A DNA stretch of 32,000 bases from Candidatus Methanophagaceae archaeon (GCA_003194425.1 PQXB01000004.1:15564-47563), one strand, 5' to 3'; shown: positions 16,790 to 26,107, numbered from the stretch's first letter. Notes: generated from the letters alone by a model not told the origin. Program-made: numbers and translations.

Positions 16790-18058
16790 ATGAACGCAGA
16801 AAAGTATGAAGAATTGGTTTTAAGCGTGGCTGAGAGGAGCGAGGACGCTAAGGTGTTGCTTGGGCTTGTCTGTCTGCTGGAGGGCGCTTCGTCAGAAGAG
16901 GCACTCACAAGGAATTTCACCGCGTTACGAGGAGAGAAGACAGAGGAGAGAGGAGGAGAGGAGGCAGAGGAGAGGGCGAAGGAGAGGGGAAAAGAGTTAT
17001 TAAGGTTTCTGAGGAAAAAGAAAATTTTAGGACGCGGACCTTTTGACGAGTACATTTCCCTGCCTGGTTATGAGAATGTTTTTTCGAAGACCGTAGCCGG
17101 CTTTTTACTTCAGCCCGGGGATTTGTCTGAATATCTTGAAAATGCACTGAAAACAGTAGACGGGGACGGGGAAAGGAGAGACGAAGAGAAGGAGGAAGAA
17201 GAAGAGAAGAAGGAAGAGGAAGAGAGGGAGGAAGAGGAAGAGAAGAAGGAAGAGGAAGAGAAGAAGGAAAGAAGGGAGAGGAGCAATGCAGTAATAAAAA
17301 TAATTGAATTGCTCTTAAAAATTGATATTCACGGAGTTAGCGGATTCACACAATACGACATTATAAAACCAGATATGTGCGATATGTTTTCGCCTGCTAT
17401 TTTCCGCTCTGTCGAAGACGAACTAATCAGCAAGAAACTGTGCGTGTACGGGAAGAAGCGTAAACGGGAATTTTTGAAATTATGTTCGAGTTCGGCTGAG
17501 ATAAAGGATGCAAAAGAGAGAATAGAAGAATGGAGACGGAAAAAATTAACTACAGGTGGCGTGCCAGAAATAGTTGAAAAAAGAGTAAAAGATCTTGTGG
17601 CGGGGGTGAAAAAAGGGACGAAGGAGTGGAAGGCGAAGTTTGCGGAGGTTAGTAAATTTTCTAAAGAGGATTTAGAGAAGGTAGGGGCGTATTTCAGCGG
17701 GTTCAAGATGGAGGAGAACTTCCTGTTTCTCACTGGCGACCTACTTGTAGGAGACGACACGCTTCACTTGGTAATTACAGACCGCCTGTCGAGGTACGAT
17801 GTCAGAGAATGGAGAAGGCAGCCAGTGCTTTTTATAACAGAAGTGAGACCGAGATGGCTTCAAAAAATTGAGGTCGTGTTTAGGGGAGCGTATCCAAAGT
17901 TATCCGAGCGAAGAGTAGCCGTCGCGGTTCCGAACGAGGTTGCATACTCAAATTTCAAGCAGGACCTTCTTTACGACATCGTAGAGCGGTTGGGGATTCC
18001 TGAGGTTTTAGGCTTAAAATCAATTCCTACACAACCCGTGGATCACACATTCTACTAA
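16790..18058 (+). CDS. Hypothetical protein (423 aa) with a central poly-Glu/Lys tract
   Basis: The track ORF starts at TTG 16688, inside the GT repeat. I prefer ATG 16790 (MNAEKYEEL...). I recognise no family. The central part is encoded by a 101-nt pure purine run. Confidence 0.6.
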   Translation: MNAEKYEELVLSVAERSEDAKVLLGLVCLLEGASSEEALTRNFTALRGEKTEERGGEEAEERAKERGKELLRFLRKKKILGRGPFDEYISLPGYENVFSKTVAGFLLQPGDLSEYLENALKTVDGDGERRDEEKEEEEEKKEEEEREEEEEKKEEEEKKERRERSNAVIKIIELLLKIDIHGVSGFTQYDIIKPDMCDMFSPAIFRSVEDELISKKLCVYGKKRKREFLKLCSSSAEIKDAKERIEEWRRKKLTTGGVPEIVEKRVKDLVAGVKKGTKEWKAKFAEVSKFSKEDLEKVGAYFSGFKMEENFLFLTGDLLVGDDTLHLVITDRLSRYDVREWRRQPVLFITEVRPRWLQKIEVVFRGAYPKLSERRVAVAVPNEVAYSNFKQDLLYDIVERLGIPEVLGLKSIPTQPVDHTFY

Positions 18059-18196
18059 CAACGCGCCTGCCTACTCGCCTCTCCCTGCTGCCAAGACGAA
18101 CAAGCCCTGCCTGTAGGCGAACTTGTCCGCCTCTTCTTCTTCTCGCTTCTTCTACTCGCTGGTGGGTTTCGGTTACCTTTACGCCGTTCTCCTGCT

Positions 18197-20128
18197 TTAC
18201 TGCTGCGCCAACCTTTTATCGACGACGCCCTCGGGAATAATTTTCTCTACGCCGGTTGTGAAAGTTTTTATCCGCTCTATGAACTTCTTCTTGAGTTTGC
18301 CGACCAAGACATGCTCAAGCACGTCCTCGATCGTGACGACCGGAATAATTTTCACCTTTTCCTTAAACCGCTCCTCAATGAGCACGTCGTTCAGGTTTGC
18401 CTGCGGAATCAGGACTTCTTTGACGCCCGCCTGTGCTGCAGCCTCCACTTTAGGCGTTATTCCGCCAACCGGCAGCACGTCGCCCTGCACCGAGAGAGAG
18501 CCTGTCATCGCGACGCTCTGGTCGACAGGAATGTTCTCGAGCGAGGAAATGACCGCGGTGGCGACTGAAATGCTGGCGGAGTCGCCCTCCACGCCCTCGT
18601 AGGTGCCAACGAATTGAATGTGAATGTCTTTGTTAGAAATGTTTTTGCCGGTGAATTTCTTGAAGACTGCGGAGACATTTTGGACGGCTTCCTGTGCGAT
18701 TTCCTGCAGCCTGCCGGTCGCGATTACTTTTCCCTCCTCTTTGGATTGTGCAGGCGTGACCTCTGCGATTATCGGGAGCATAACGCCGGAATCGCCGACG
18801 ACTGCGAGCCCGTTCACCTTGCCGACCTCGAACCCTTCGGTTCTGAAGAGTTTGTAGTCCTTCTTCTGCTCGAGGTATTCGTCAGCCAACTGCTGCTCCA
18901 CCGACTTCGCCATCGTTTTCGCTTTTAAGACCTGCTCGCCGGTCACATATTTCGCACCTTCAGCGCGGGCAATGTCGCCTGCCACACGCACCAGCCCGCC
19001 CAAGTCCCGAAGAACGAGAGTGAGGTGGCCTTTTCTGCCTGCCCTTCGCCTCGCTTCTCGTAGGATTTCTGCAACGCCACTCCGGTCGAAGTGCGGTATT
19101 TTTTTGTCCCGCCGCACCTCTTGAGCGATGAACCTGACGAGTTTTCGTCGGTTCTCCTCTGTGTCGTCCATCGTGTCTTTCATATAAATCTCGTAGCCGT
19201 AGCCTTTTACACGAGAGCGGAGAGCAGGGTGCATTCCTGCAACGGCGTCCAAGTTGCCCGCGGCGACCATAATAAAATCGCAGGGAACCGGCTCGGTCTT
19301 GACCATCGCCCCCGCACTTCGCTCGGACTGCCCTGTTATCGGGTACTCACGCTCCTGCAGCGCGGTGAGGAGGTTCTGCTGCGCCTCCAACCGCAGCGTG
19401 TTTATCTCGTCGATGAAGAGGACGCCTTTGTGTGCTTTGTGAATTGCACCCGCCTCGACGCGGTCGTGTGCTGGGGTTTCCAAGCCTCCGGATTGGTACG
19501 GATCGTGCCTCACGTCGCCGAGCAGGGCGCCAGAGTGCGCTCCGGTTGCGTCTACGTAGGGAGCGGTCTCGCGGCCGAAATTGGAGACGAGCAGTTTCGG
19601 CAGCAACGCCTCCTCCTTCGGCATCACCCACCTGAAGACCAAGAGCAGAACGGCACCGGCAATCATTGCCCAAAAGACCGTGCTTATGTTTCCGTCCTGC
19701 AGGAAGTAAATAAAGCCCGTGCCAACGATGAGGAAGAAGGAGAAGACGAGAAAGGTGGTTCGCATTTGAATTCGCCTTCTCACTTCTTGTTTCTGTGCGT
19801 CCACGATTTCCTTGCCCTTGCTGAAGGGAACGACCCTAATTTTCGGCGTGTTCTTGTCCTCTGGGTTGGGGTAGACGAGAATGTCCTGCAACTCCTCCTT
19901 GGGCAGCAGTTCCGCCATGCTGTTCCCGAGCATTGATTTTCCCGTGCCGGGCGTGCCGATTAGCATCACGTGTCGCCGCTGCTTCGCCGCCTTTTTTATC
20001 ACTTCTACCCCGTGCTCCTGTCCAATCACTTGGTCAACAAGCAACTTCGGAACTTCTACCTCCTCGGTCGTCTTTATTTTGGAGCCCGCTAACAGGTCGT
20101 TTAGGTCGTCCTCCACTGATTTAGTCAT
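18197..20128 (-). CDS. lonB: Archaeal membrane-bound Lon protease (LonB)
   Basis: 643 aa with a Walker A motif (GTPGTGKS), a TM insertion in the AAA+ domain (TTFLVFSFFLIVGTGFIYF...AMIAGAVLLLVF) and a C-terminal Lon protease domain. Confidence 0.93.
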   Translation of the reverse strand: MTKSVEDDLNDLLAGSKIKTTEEVEVPKLLVDQVIGQEHGVEVIKKAAKQRRHVMLIGTPGTGKSMLGNSMAELLPKEELQDILVYPNPEDKNTPKIRVVPFSKGKEIVDAQKQEVRRRIQMRTTFLVFSFFLIVGTGFIYFLQDGNISTVFWAMIAGAVLLLVFRWVMPKEEALLPKLLVSNFGRETAPYVDATGAHSGALLGDVRHDPYQSGGLETPAHDRVEAGAIHKAHKGVLFIDEINTLRLEAQQNLLTALQEREYPITGQSERSAGAMVKTEPVPCDFIMVAAGNLDAVAGMHPALRSRVKGYGYEIYMKDTMDDTEENRRKLVRFIAQEVRRDKKIPHFDRSGVAEILREARRRAGRKGHLTLVLRDLGGLVRVAGDIARAEGAKYVTGEQVLKAKTMAKSVEQQLADEYLEQKKDYKLFRTEGFEVGKVNGLAVVGDSGVMLPIIAEVTPAQSKEEGKVIATGRLQEIAQEAVQNVSAVFKKFTGKNISNKDIHIQFVGTYEGVEGDSASISVATAVISSLENIPVDQSVAMTGSLSVQGDVLPVGGITPKVEAAAQAGVKEVLIPQANLNDVLIEERFKEKVKIIPVVTIEDVLEHVLVGKLKKKFIERIKTFTTGVEKIIPEGVVDKRLAQQ

Positions 20129-20177
20129 TGTTTTTGTTTTCTTATTTAAATTCTTTACTATGTTACTTTACTAGGTT

Positions 20178-20203
20178 AAAAAGCTTGCAAGTTTTGTTGC
20201 AAG
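20178..20203 (-). terminator. Hairpin CTTGCAA-N6-TTGCAAG followed by T5 on the minus strand (after lysC); T-runs also on the plus side
   Basis: A perfect 7-bp stem at 20184-20190/20197-20203. There is an A5 run at 20178-20182 (T5 on the minus strand) and T7/T7 runs at 20204 onward on the plus strand. Confidence 0.4.
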
Positions 20204-20227
20204 TTTTTTTCTTTTTTTCTTTTTTTC

Positions 20228-21661
20228 TCAACGCCCCATTTCAAAGACATCGTGAATCGCTTGTGCTGCGTTCTGTGCGTCCTCGCGTCGCACGACGAAA
20301 GAGATGTTGAACTCGGAGCTGCCCTGCGAGATCATTTTCACGCTGATCCCCTCCTTGCCGAGAGCTGAGAAGACTTTGCCTGCGACGCCGGGCGTTCCAG
20401 CCATTCCTACGCCGACGACGCCGATTGCAGAGACGCTGCTGTTTGAAGTGAAGTCTCGGACAACGGTGCCTCCTCCACCGCCGCCTGCGTCTGCGTTTGC
20501 GTTTAATTTCTGAATCGCGGAAACGGCTCGTTGCAGTTGTGCGGTGTTAACGACGATGGAAATGGTTCGTTCAGAGGAGCCGTGAGAGATCATAAAAATC
20601 TCCACTTGTTCGGAGGCTAAAGCAGAGAAGACGCGTGCCACGACCTCTGAAATGCTCCGCACGCCGGTTCCAGCGACATTCAAGATTGAGGTGTTCTCGA
20701 TAATTGTGATGGCTTTGGCAGCCTTCTTTGTCTGCTCCGGCTCCTCGCCGATGAGCGTGCCCTCGTCGTCGGGTTTGAACGGGTTCTTCACGAGAATCGG
20801 AATTCTCTTCGCCACCACCGGCTCAATCGCCCGGGAATGCAGGACAGAAGCCCCGAAGTAAGAGAGTTCCATCGCCTCGGCGTAGGAGATGTAGGGGATT
20901 CTTCGTGCGTTCCGAATTATCTTGGGGTCGGCGCTCATTATTCCCTCGGTCTCCTTCCAGAGCCAGACCTCGTCGGCGTCTACTGCCGCTCCGATTAGGG
21001 TTGCGGTGTAGTCCGAGCCGCCCCTGCCAAAAGTTGTTACCTGCCCCTTCCTCGTTTTCCCGGTGTAGCCGCAGACGACTGGGATTTTACCGCTGTCCAA
21101 GAGCGGAATAATTTTTTCTCTAACCGTCTCCTCCGCACCACGCAGCAGCAGTGCGTTGCCGTAGTCTTCGTTCGTTGTTAAGCCTGCCTCGCCACCGGTG
21201 AGGTGCACTGCGTCCTGACCCAACGATCGCAGCGTGCCAGCCAAGATTGGGGCTGCCAGCCGTTCGCCAAACGAGACGATGTAGTCAAGCGACCGTGCCG
21301 AGAGCTCGCCGAGCAGGGAGATTCCAGTCAACGCCCTCTCCAGTTCGCCCAGCCTTTCTTCTACTTCTCTCGTTACCACACGCAGCACACGCTTGTCTTT
21401 TATCGCTTCTGACGCCGCGGTCAGGTGCTTCGTTTTTAAATCCTGCACGAAAGATTTCGCCTTCTCCACCTCGCCCTCGCTCGCAATTCGGGCTGCGTTC
21501 TCGTGCAGTGCGTCAGTGACCCCGAAGAACGCCGAGGTCACCACGACCAGTTCTTTTCTTTTCTTTTCTTTTTCTCTGCACCGCCGTACTAACTCTGCCA
21601 CTGCCTTTATTTTCCCGCCGTCCGCGACCGCACTCCCTCCGAACTTCATCACCAGTCTCAT
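20228..21661 (-). CDS. lysC: Aspartate kinase
   Basis: 477 aa with an N-terminal VMKFGGSAV amino-acid-kinase motif and two C-terminal ACT-like repeats (ISVKMISQGSSEFNISFVV). Confidence 0.9.
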   Translation of the reverse strand: MRLVMKFGGSAVADGGKIKAVAELVRRCREKEKKRKELVVVTSAFFGVTDALHENAARIASEGEVEKAKSFVQDLKTKHLTAASEAIKDKRVLRVVTREVEERLGELERALTGISLLGELSARSLDYIVSFGERLAAPILAGTLRSLGQDAVHLTGGEAGLTTNEDYGNALLLRGAEETVREKIIPLLDSGKIPVVCGYTGKTRKGQVTTFGRGGSDYTATLIGAAVDADEVWLWKETEGIMSADPKIIRNARRIPYISYAEAMELSYFGASVLHSRAIEPVVAKRIPILVKNPFKPDDEGTLIGEEPEQTKKAAKAITIIENTSILNVAGTGVRSISEVVARVFSALASEQVEIFMISHGSSERTISIVVNTAQLQRAVSAIQKLNANADAGGGGGGTVVRDFTSNSSVSAIGVVGVGMAGTPGVAGKVFSALGKEGISVKMISQGSSEFNISFVVRREDAQNAAQAIHDVFEMGR

Positions 21662-21685
21662 TTTTCTGCCCCTCGAAATATTTTT

Positions 21686-21721
21686 TAGGTTTAATGAAAA
21701 ATTAGTAGGTTTAATGAAAAA
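21686..21721. repeat. Direct repeat TAGGTTTAATGAAAAA x2 (20-bp spacing) in the lysC/thermosome divergent promoter region
   Basis: Identical 16-mers at 21686-21701 and 21706-21721. Confidence 0.85.
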
Positions 21722-21773
21722 GCGTTGAACATTATTTTATACAGAAGTAAGGCGAAAAAGAGAGGATAAAAAA

Positions 21774-23522
21774 ATGGCAGGCCAGTTGGGAGGAATTCCG
21801 GTTTTAGTGCTACGAGAAGGGAGCGAGCGGGCAAGCGGGAGAGAGGCACAGAGCAAGAACATCGAGGCGGCGAAGGCGGTTGCTTCCGCGGTTTGCAGCA
21901 CGCTGGGACCGAAGGGAATGGACAAGATGCTTGTGGGTTCGTTCGGCGATGTGGTCGTAACGAACGACGGCGTGACGATTCTTAAAGAAATGGAAATTGA
22001 GAGCCCGGCGGCGAAGATGATGGTCGAGGTTGCGAAGACCGTTGACGAAGTGGTGGGCGACGGCACCACAACAGCGGTCGTACTCGGCGGGGAACTGCTG
22101 AAAAAGGCAGAGGAGTTGCTGGAGCAGGGCTTGCACCCCTCGGTTGTCACGCTGGGCTACAGGCTTGCGGCGGAGAACGCGAAGTCGGTGCTGGAGGCGG
22201 TTGCTACTGAAGTGCTCGGGGTGGACGGGGGTAGGACAGAAGGGGGAGAAAAAGGTGAGGGAGAAGAGGAGAACGAGGAGGTGCTGAAGAAAATAGCGAA
22301 AACCGCGGTAACAGGGAAGTTCGCAGAAGCGTCTCGTGACTTCCTTGCGGAAATCGCAGTAAAAGCGGTTAAGGCAGTGGCGGAAAGAACCGAGACTGCT
22401 CGCAGCGGGCGTGGCGGGAAGAGGGTGGTTGACACTGAGAATGTCAGCGTGGAGAAGAAGGTTGGCGGGAAAATCGCCGAGACCGAGTTGGTGCAAGGAC
22501 TGGTACTTGACAAGGAGGTGGTGAATCCGAGAATGCCGAGGCGAGTGGCGGGTGCGAAAATCGCTTTGGTCAACGCCTCGCTTGAGGTGAAGAAGACCGA
22601 GACGAGTGCCGAGTTGAAAATAACAAGTTCTGACCAACTAACCGCGTTCCTTGAAGAGGAGGAGCAGGCGATGAAAAGAATGGCGGAGTGCGTGAAAGAG
22701 AGCGGTGCGAATGTCGTAATTTGTCAGAAGGGGATTGACGAAGTCGTGCAGCACTACCTCGCGAAGTTCGGGATTTTGGCGGTCCGCAGGGCGAAGAAGA
22801 GCGACTTGGCGAGGTTGGAGAAAGCGACGGGCGGCAAAATCGTGACCACGGTGGAAGAGCTGAGTGCGAGCGACTTGGGGAACGCGGGCTTGGTAGAGGA
22901 GCGGAAAATCGCGGGCGACAAAATGCTCTTCGTGGAGGAGTGCGAGAACCCGCACGCGGTCTCGGTCTTTCTGCGAGGCGGGTCCGAACAGGTGCTGGAC
23001 GAGGTTGAGCGCGGTTTGCACGACATGCTGCGGGTCGTTGGCTGCATAATTGAGGACGGCAAAGTGGTTGCTGGCGGCGGTGCTGTCGAGACCGAGTTGG
23101 CACTGCGGGTGCGGGAGTTCAGTGCCTCGCTGAAGGGAAAAGAGCAGTTGGCGGCGGAGAAGTTCGCAGAGGCTCTGGAAATTATTCCACGCACGCTGGC
23201 TGAGAACTCTGGGTTCGACCCGATCGACAAACTTGTGGCTTTGAAGGCTGCGCACGAGCGGGGCGAGCGGGGCGAGAAGAAAGCGGGCTTGGACGCCTAC
23301 ACCGGCGAAATTCTGGATATGTGGGAAGCAGGCGTCTTGGAGCCGCTGAGGACGAAGAAGCAGGCGTTGGAGTCCGCGGTAGACGCGGCGACGATGATTC
23401 TCAGAATTGACGATGTGATCGCGTCGAAGCGGGAGTCACTACCGCCAGCTGGTGGTGGAGGAGCACCAGGAGGAGCACCAGGAGGAGCACCAGGAGGAGG
23501 CGGTGGAATGCCGCCTTACTAA
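21774..23522 (+). CDS. ths: Thermosome (group II chaperonin) subunit
   Basis: 582 aa with [34 protein letters not shown] and GDGTTTAVV signature blocks. Confidence 0.95.
   Translation: MAGQLGGIPVLVLREGSERASGREAQSKNIEAAKAVASAVCSTLGPKGMDKMLVGSFGDVVVTNDGVTILKEMEIESPAAKMMVEVAKTVDEVVGDGTTTAVVLGGELLKKAEELLEQGLHPSVVTLGYRLAAENAKSVLEAVATEVLGVDGGRTEGGEKGEGEEENEEVLKKIAKTAVTGKFAEASRDFLAEIAVKAVKAVAERTETARSGRGGKRVVDTENVSVEKKVGGKIAETELVQGLVLDKEVVNPRMPRRVAGAKIALVNASLEVKKTETSAELKITSSDQLTAFLEEEEQAMKRMAECVKESGANVVICQKGIDEVVQHYLAKFGILAVRRAKKSDLARLEKATGGKIVTTVEELSASDLGNAGLVEERKIAGDKMLFVEECENPHAVSVFLRGGSEQVLDEVERGLHDMLRVVGCIIEDGKVVAGGGAVETELALRVREFSASLKGKEQLAAEKFAEALEIIPRTLAENSGFDPIDKLVALKAAHERGERGEKKAGLDAYTGEILDMWEAGVLEPLRTKKQALESAVDAATMILRIDDVIASKRESLPPAGGGGAPGGAPGGAPGGGGGMPPY
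23457..23492 (+). repeat. 12-bp repeat x3 (GGAP x3) forming the thermosome C-terminal tail
   Basis: ggaggagcacca x3, perfect. Confidence 0.95.
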
Positions 23523-23528
23523 TTTTTT
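23523..23528 (+). terminator. Oligo-T (T6) immediately after the thermosome stop
   Basis: TAA at 23520-23522 is followed by TTTTTT. Archaeal termination typically uses oligo-T tracts. Confidence 0.4.
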
Positions 23529-23553
23529 AAAGTTGGCAGTTCACCAAGCCTCG

Positions 23554-24771
23554 TTAAATATAAGATGAAACCACCACAGCCTCCAAATCCTCAAGAAACT
23601 CCTTCACCGTCTCTTCTTTTACGTGCGGCATTACAACCAGCCGAAGCGCCTTTGGGGCTCTTGTCACCGAGACGCGCCAGCCCCGCTCTACCAACGCACT
23701 CGCCACCCGTTCCACTTCAGCAGGCGTCGGAAAACGGAGCGCCGCCACATTTATCACAGGCTCAACCACCGTAGAAACGCCCAACTCCGCCGCACCCCGC
23801 ACCAAGAGCCTCGTTAGCCGAACGCACTCTCTTACGACCCTGCGGAGACCTTCTCTGCCGAGGTATTTTAGGACTGCGAAGGTCGCGGCTGCCGACGCAC
23901 CGCTTCTCGTTCCAGTCAGCGAGGACTGCGATTTCGTCGTTAAGTAGGGCGTAGGCACCGCCAACTCCTCCAAATACGACTCCTCGCGGAACAAGAGGCA
24001 GCCCGCAGGAATCGTGCTCAAGCCCATTTTGTGCGGGTCGACCGAGACTGCACCCACACCCTCAACCGAGAAGTCAAACTCATACTTTCGCCTCTCCCCC
24101 TCCCCCTCCAAGAACGGAAGCACGAACCCCCCGAAAGCAGCGTCGACAAACAAGAAAATCTCCCGCCCCTTCTCCTGTTTCTGCTCCTGCACAAGTTTTG
24201 CAAGGTCTTTTATCGGGTCTACCTGCCCGAACTCGGTCGTTCCCGCGATTCCAACAACGCAGATTGTCTCGTCGTCAATCAATTCTGCGACCGAACTCAC
24301 CGCGACCCGCAACTCCTCGTCCAGCCCCGCTTTCCGAACTTCAACGCACAAAAGGTCCGCGATCTTGTCAAACGAAAAATGCGCCGTCTCAGGCACGATT
24401 ATGTTCATTCCTTTCAGACGCTGCCCCTCCCGCCTTTTCCTGTTCCTTACTGCGTGAATTACCTGAATATTTGATTCTGTCCCGCCGGTTGAGAGGTAGC
24501 CGAACGCGTTCCCGCTGTCCTGCCCTCGCCCCTGCCCTCGTCCGAGCAGCGATCCAATCATTCGCACCACCTCTTTTTCCATCTCCTTCGTCCCCGGAAA
24601 CAGTCCAGAATCGCCTAAATTCGATTCCAAGAACATTTTATGAGCGTACGCTGCTACCTCGTGCGGGTAAGTGCACATCGAACTCAAGACGCGTTTGTAA
24701 GACAAATCCTTCCGCTTCTGCTCCCGAAGCAGCGACTCTACTTCCCTCCTGCTCAACCCTCGCTCGTCCAT
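23554..24771 (-). CDS. mfnA: L-tyrosine/L-aspartate decarboxylase (PLP-dependent)
   Basis: 405 aa with LSSMCTYPHEVA and a PLP-lysine block (SVDPHKMGLS). Length and motifs fit archaeal MfnA. Confidence 0.88.
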   Translation of the reverse strand: MDERGLSRREVESLLREQKRKDLSYKRVLSSMCTYPHEVAAYAHKMFLESNLGDSGLFPGTKEMEKEVVRMIGSLLGRGQGRGQDSGNAFGYLSTGGTESNIQVIHAVRNRKRREGQRLKGMNIIVPETAHFSFDKIADLLCVEVRKAGLDEELRVAVSSVAELIDDETICVVGIAGTTEFGQVDPIKDLAKLVQEQKQEKGREIFLFVDAAFGGFVLPFLEGEGERRKYEFDFSVEGVGAVSVDPHKMGLSTIPAGCLLFREESYLEELAVPTPYLTTKSQSSLTGTRSGASAAATFAVLKYLGREGLRRVVRECVRLTRLLVRGAAELGVSTVVEPVINVAALRFPTPAEVERVASALVERGWRVSVTRAPKALRLVVMPHVKEETVKEFLEDLEAVVVSSYI

Positions 24772-24827
24772 TTTTATCCAAAATTTATAACCCGCTCCTA
24801 CTTAATATTATGCGAAAAAAGAAGAGT

Positions 24828-24863
24828 AAGGAACAGAGGAAGAAGAAGGAACAGAGGAAGAAG
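24828..24863 (+). repeat. 18-bp tandem repeat x2 in the mfnA/cfbD divergent region (cfbD leader or N-terminal extension)
   Basis: aaggaacagaggaagaag at 24828-24845 and 24846-24863. Confidence 0.95.
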
Positions 24864-24875
24864 GAGAAGACAAAG

Positions 24876-26072
24876 ATGAAGATGGCGATGGAAATGATAC
24901 TGCATCCGAGGCCGAGTGCGATTGTGGCGGCACTTTACACGCTCCGCGATCTTGACGCGGGGGTTGCGGTTCTGCACGGACCTGCGGGGTGCAGTTTTAA
25001 GCACAGCCGACTGCTTGAGGAGGACGGAATGCACGTCCTGACGACTGCGATGAACGAGAGTAATTTTGTCTTCGGCGGGCACGACTCGCTCGTTGAGGTC
25101 TTGAGAAAGGCGGAAGAGATGTTTCACCCGGAATTGATTGGAGTGGTCGGCACCTGCGCTAGTATGATAATTGGTGAAGACCTGCAGCAAGCGGTGGAGG
25201 AGAGCGGTGTTGACAGCGGAAGCGGAGTTGCGGGGACAGGAACAGCGGGCAAGAGGTGTAAAGTGGTAGCGGTGAACGTGCACGCAGGCTACAGGGACAA
25301 CACAGTGGGCGTTATTTTGACTTTGGAGGCTGCTTACAAGGCGGGCGTAATTAGTGGCTCGGAGTTTGAGCGGCAGAAAAAGATGCTTGAGGCAGCGACG
25401 CGGCTGGAGAAAGAGGTCGGTGCAGCCTGCAGAAGCTACATTCCGCCGTCTAAAGGCGATTCTAAAATCGCGGTCGCGAGCAGGCTACTTGAACTCGTCG
25501 GCGCGGGGAAACGGGGTGTCTGCGTCTTAAACGCCAAGAAAGAGACCGCTTTTATGTTTGCAGACATTTTGCGGGCGGTGAACAAAGTGGCAGCGTCTAC
25601 ACCTTCGCGGATCGTAAATATCGCAAACCTCGACAAGAATGTGGGCTTGAAACGAATTCGGGGCTACGCAGCGAGGATTCTGGACGAGTTAGCCGCAGAC
25701 GGCGTCAAAATCGAGCACACAATCGGGGGACTGGACGAGTACGTGGTCGCGGGCGAGAGGGCGGCAGCTTTGATTCACGACTCTTACAGGGACTACGACT
25801 TCGCAGTCCTGCTTGGCATTCCGCACGCAGTGCCTTTGAGTGGGGGAGGAGTAAAAGGTGAAGAAAAGAAAATTGAGATATTTTCGGTGACAAACGGACC
25901 GCGAACGATCGACCCGCTGCGGTGGCTCGGGCACGACCACGCAGTGCTTGAGATTGACCTTCACCCGAAGACGATGGGAGCGACGGGCATTATTCCGTCG
26001 GAGTTCGGCGACGCGTTGTTGCGGCTGGGGCAGTTACAGGGGCTGGAGCAGTTACAGGGGCAGTTGCAGTAG
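24876..26072 (+). CDS. cfbD: Nitrogenase NifD-like protein, probable Ni-sirohydrochlorin a,c-diamide reductive cyclase subunit CfbD (F430 biosynthesis)
   Basis: [45 protein letters not shown]...[12 protein letters not shown] matches my recollection of NflD/CfbD N-termini. I chose start 24876 (GGAG 9 nt upstream). The alternative ATG 24810 would add a Lys-rich 22-aa extension. The rest of the 624-aa track ORF is antisense overlap with mfnA. Confidence 0.7.
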   Translation: MKMAMEMILHPRPSAIVAALYTLRDLDAGVAVLHGPAGCSFKHSRLLEEDGMHVLTTAMNESNFVFGGHDSLVEVLRKAEEMFHPELIGVVGTCASMIIGEDLQQAVEESGVDSGSGVAGTGTAGKRCKVVAVNVHAGYRDNTVGVILTLEAAYKAGVISGSEFERQKKMLEAATRLEKEVGAACRSYIPPSKGDSKIAVASRLLELVGAGKRGVCVLNAKKETAFMFADILRAVNKVAASTPSRIVNIANLDKNVGLKRIRGYAARILDELAADGVKIEHTIGGLDEYVVAGERAAALIHDSYRDYDFAVLLGIPHAVPLSGGGVKGEEKKIEIFSVTNGPRTIDPLRWLGHDHAVLEIDLHPKTMGATGIIPSEFGDALLRLGQLQGLEQLQGQLQ

Positions 26073-26107
26073 GTAGTAGCTGTAGGTAGTGGCTGTAGGT
26101 AGTGGTT
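26069..26107 (+). repeat. 13-bp tandem repeat GTAGGTAGTRGYT x3 in the cfbD-tyrS spacer
   Basis: Units at 26069-26081, 26082-26094 and 26095-26107. The first TAG is the cfbD stop codon. Confidence 0.9.

Noticed and set aside
18059-18196. GC-rich 138-bp spacer between convergent genes (hypothetical protein and lonB), considered as a possible structured RNA or small gene
   Set aside because: I found no convincing stem-loops, no tRNA-like or box C/D motifs, and no ORF with a start. Open frames here are continuations of lon's shadow frames. The absence of oligo-T terminators is noted but not interpretable.
24198-24809. Upstream 200+ codons of the 624-aa ORF that contains cfbD
   Set aside because: This part is antisense to the well-supported mfnA and translates to Pro/Ser/Arg-rich nonsense. 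The recognisable CfbD similarity starts only at about 24890.
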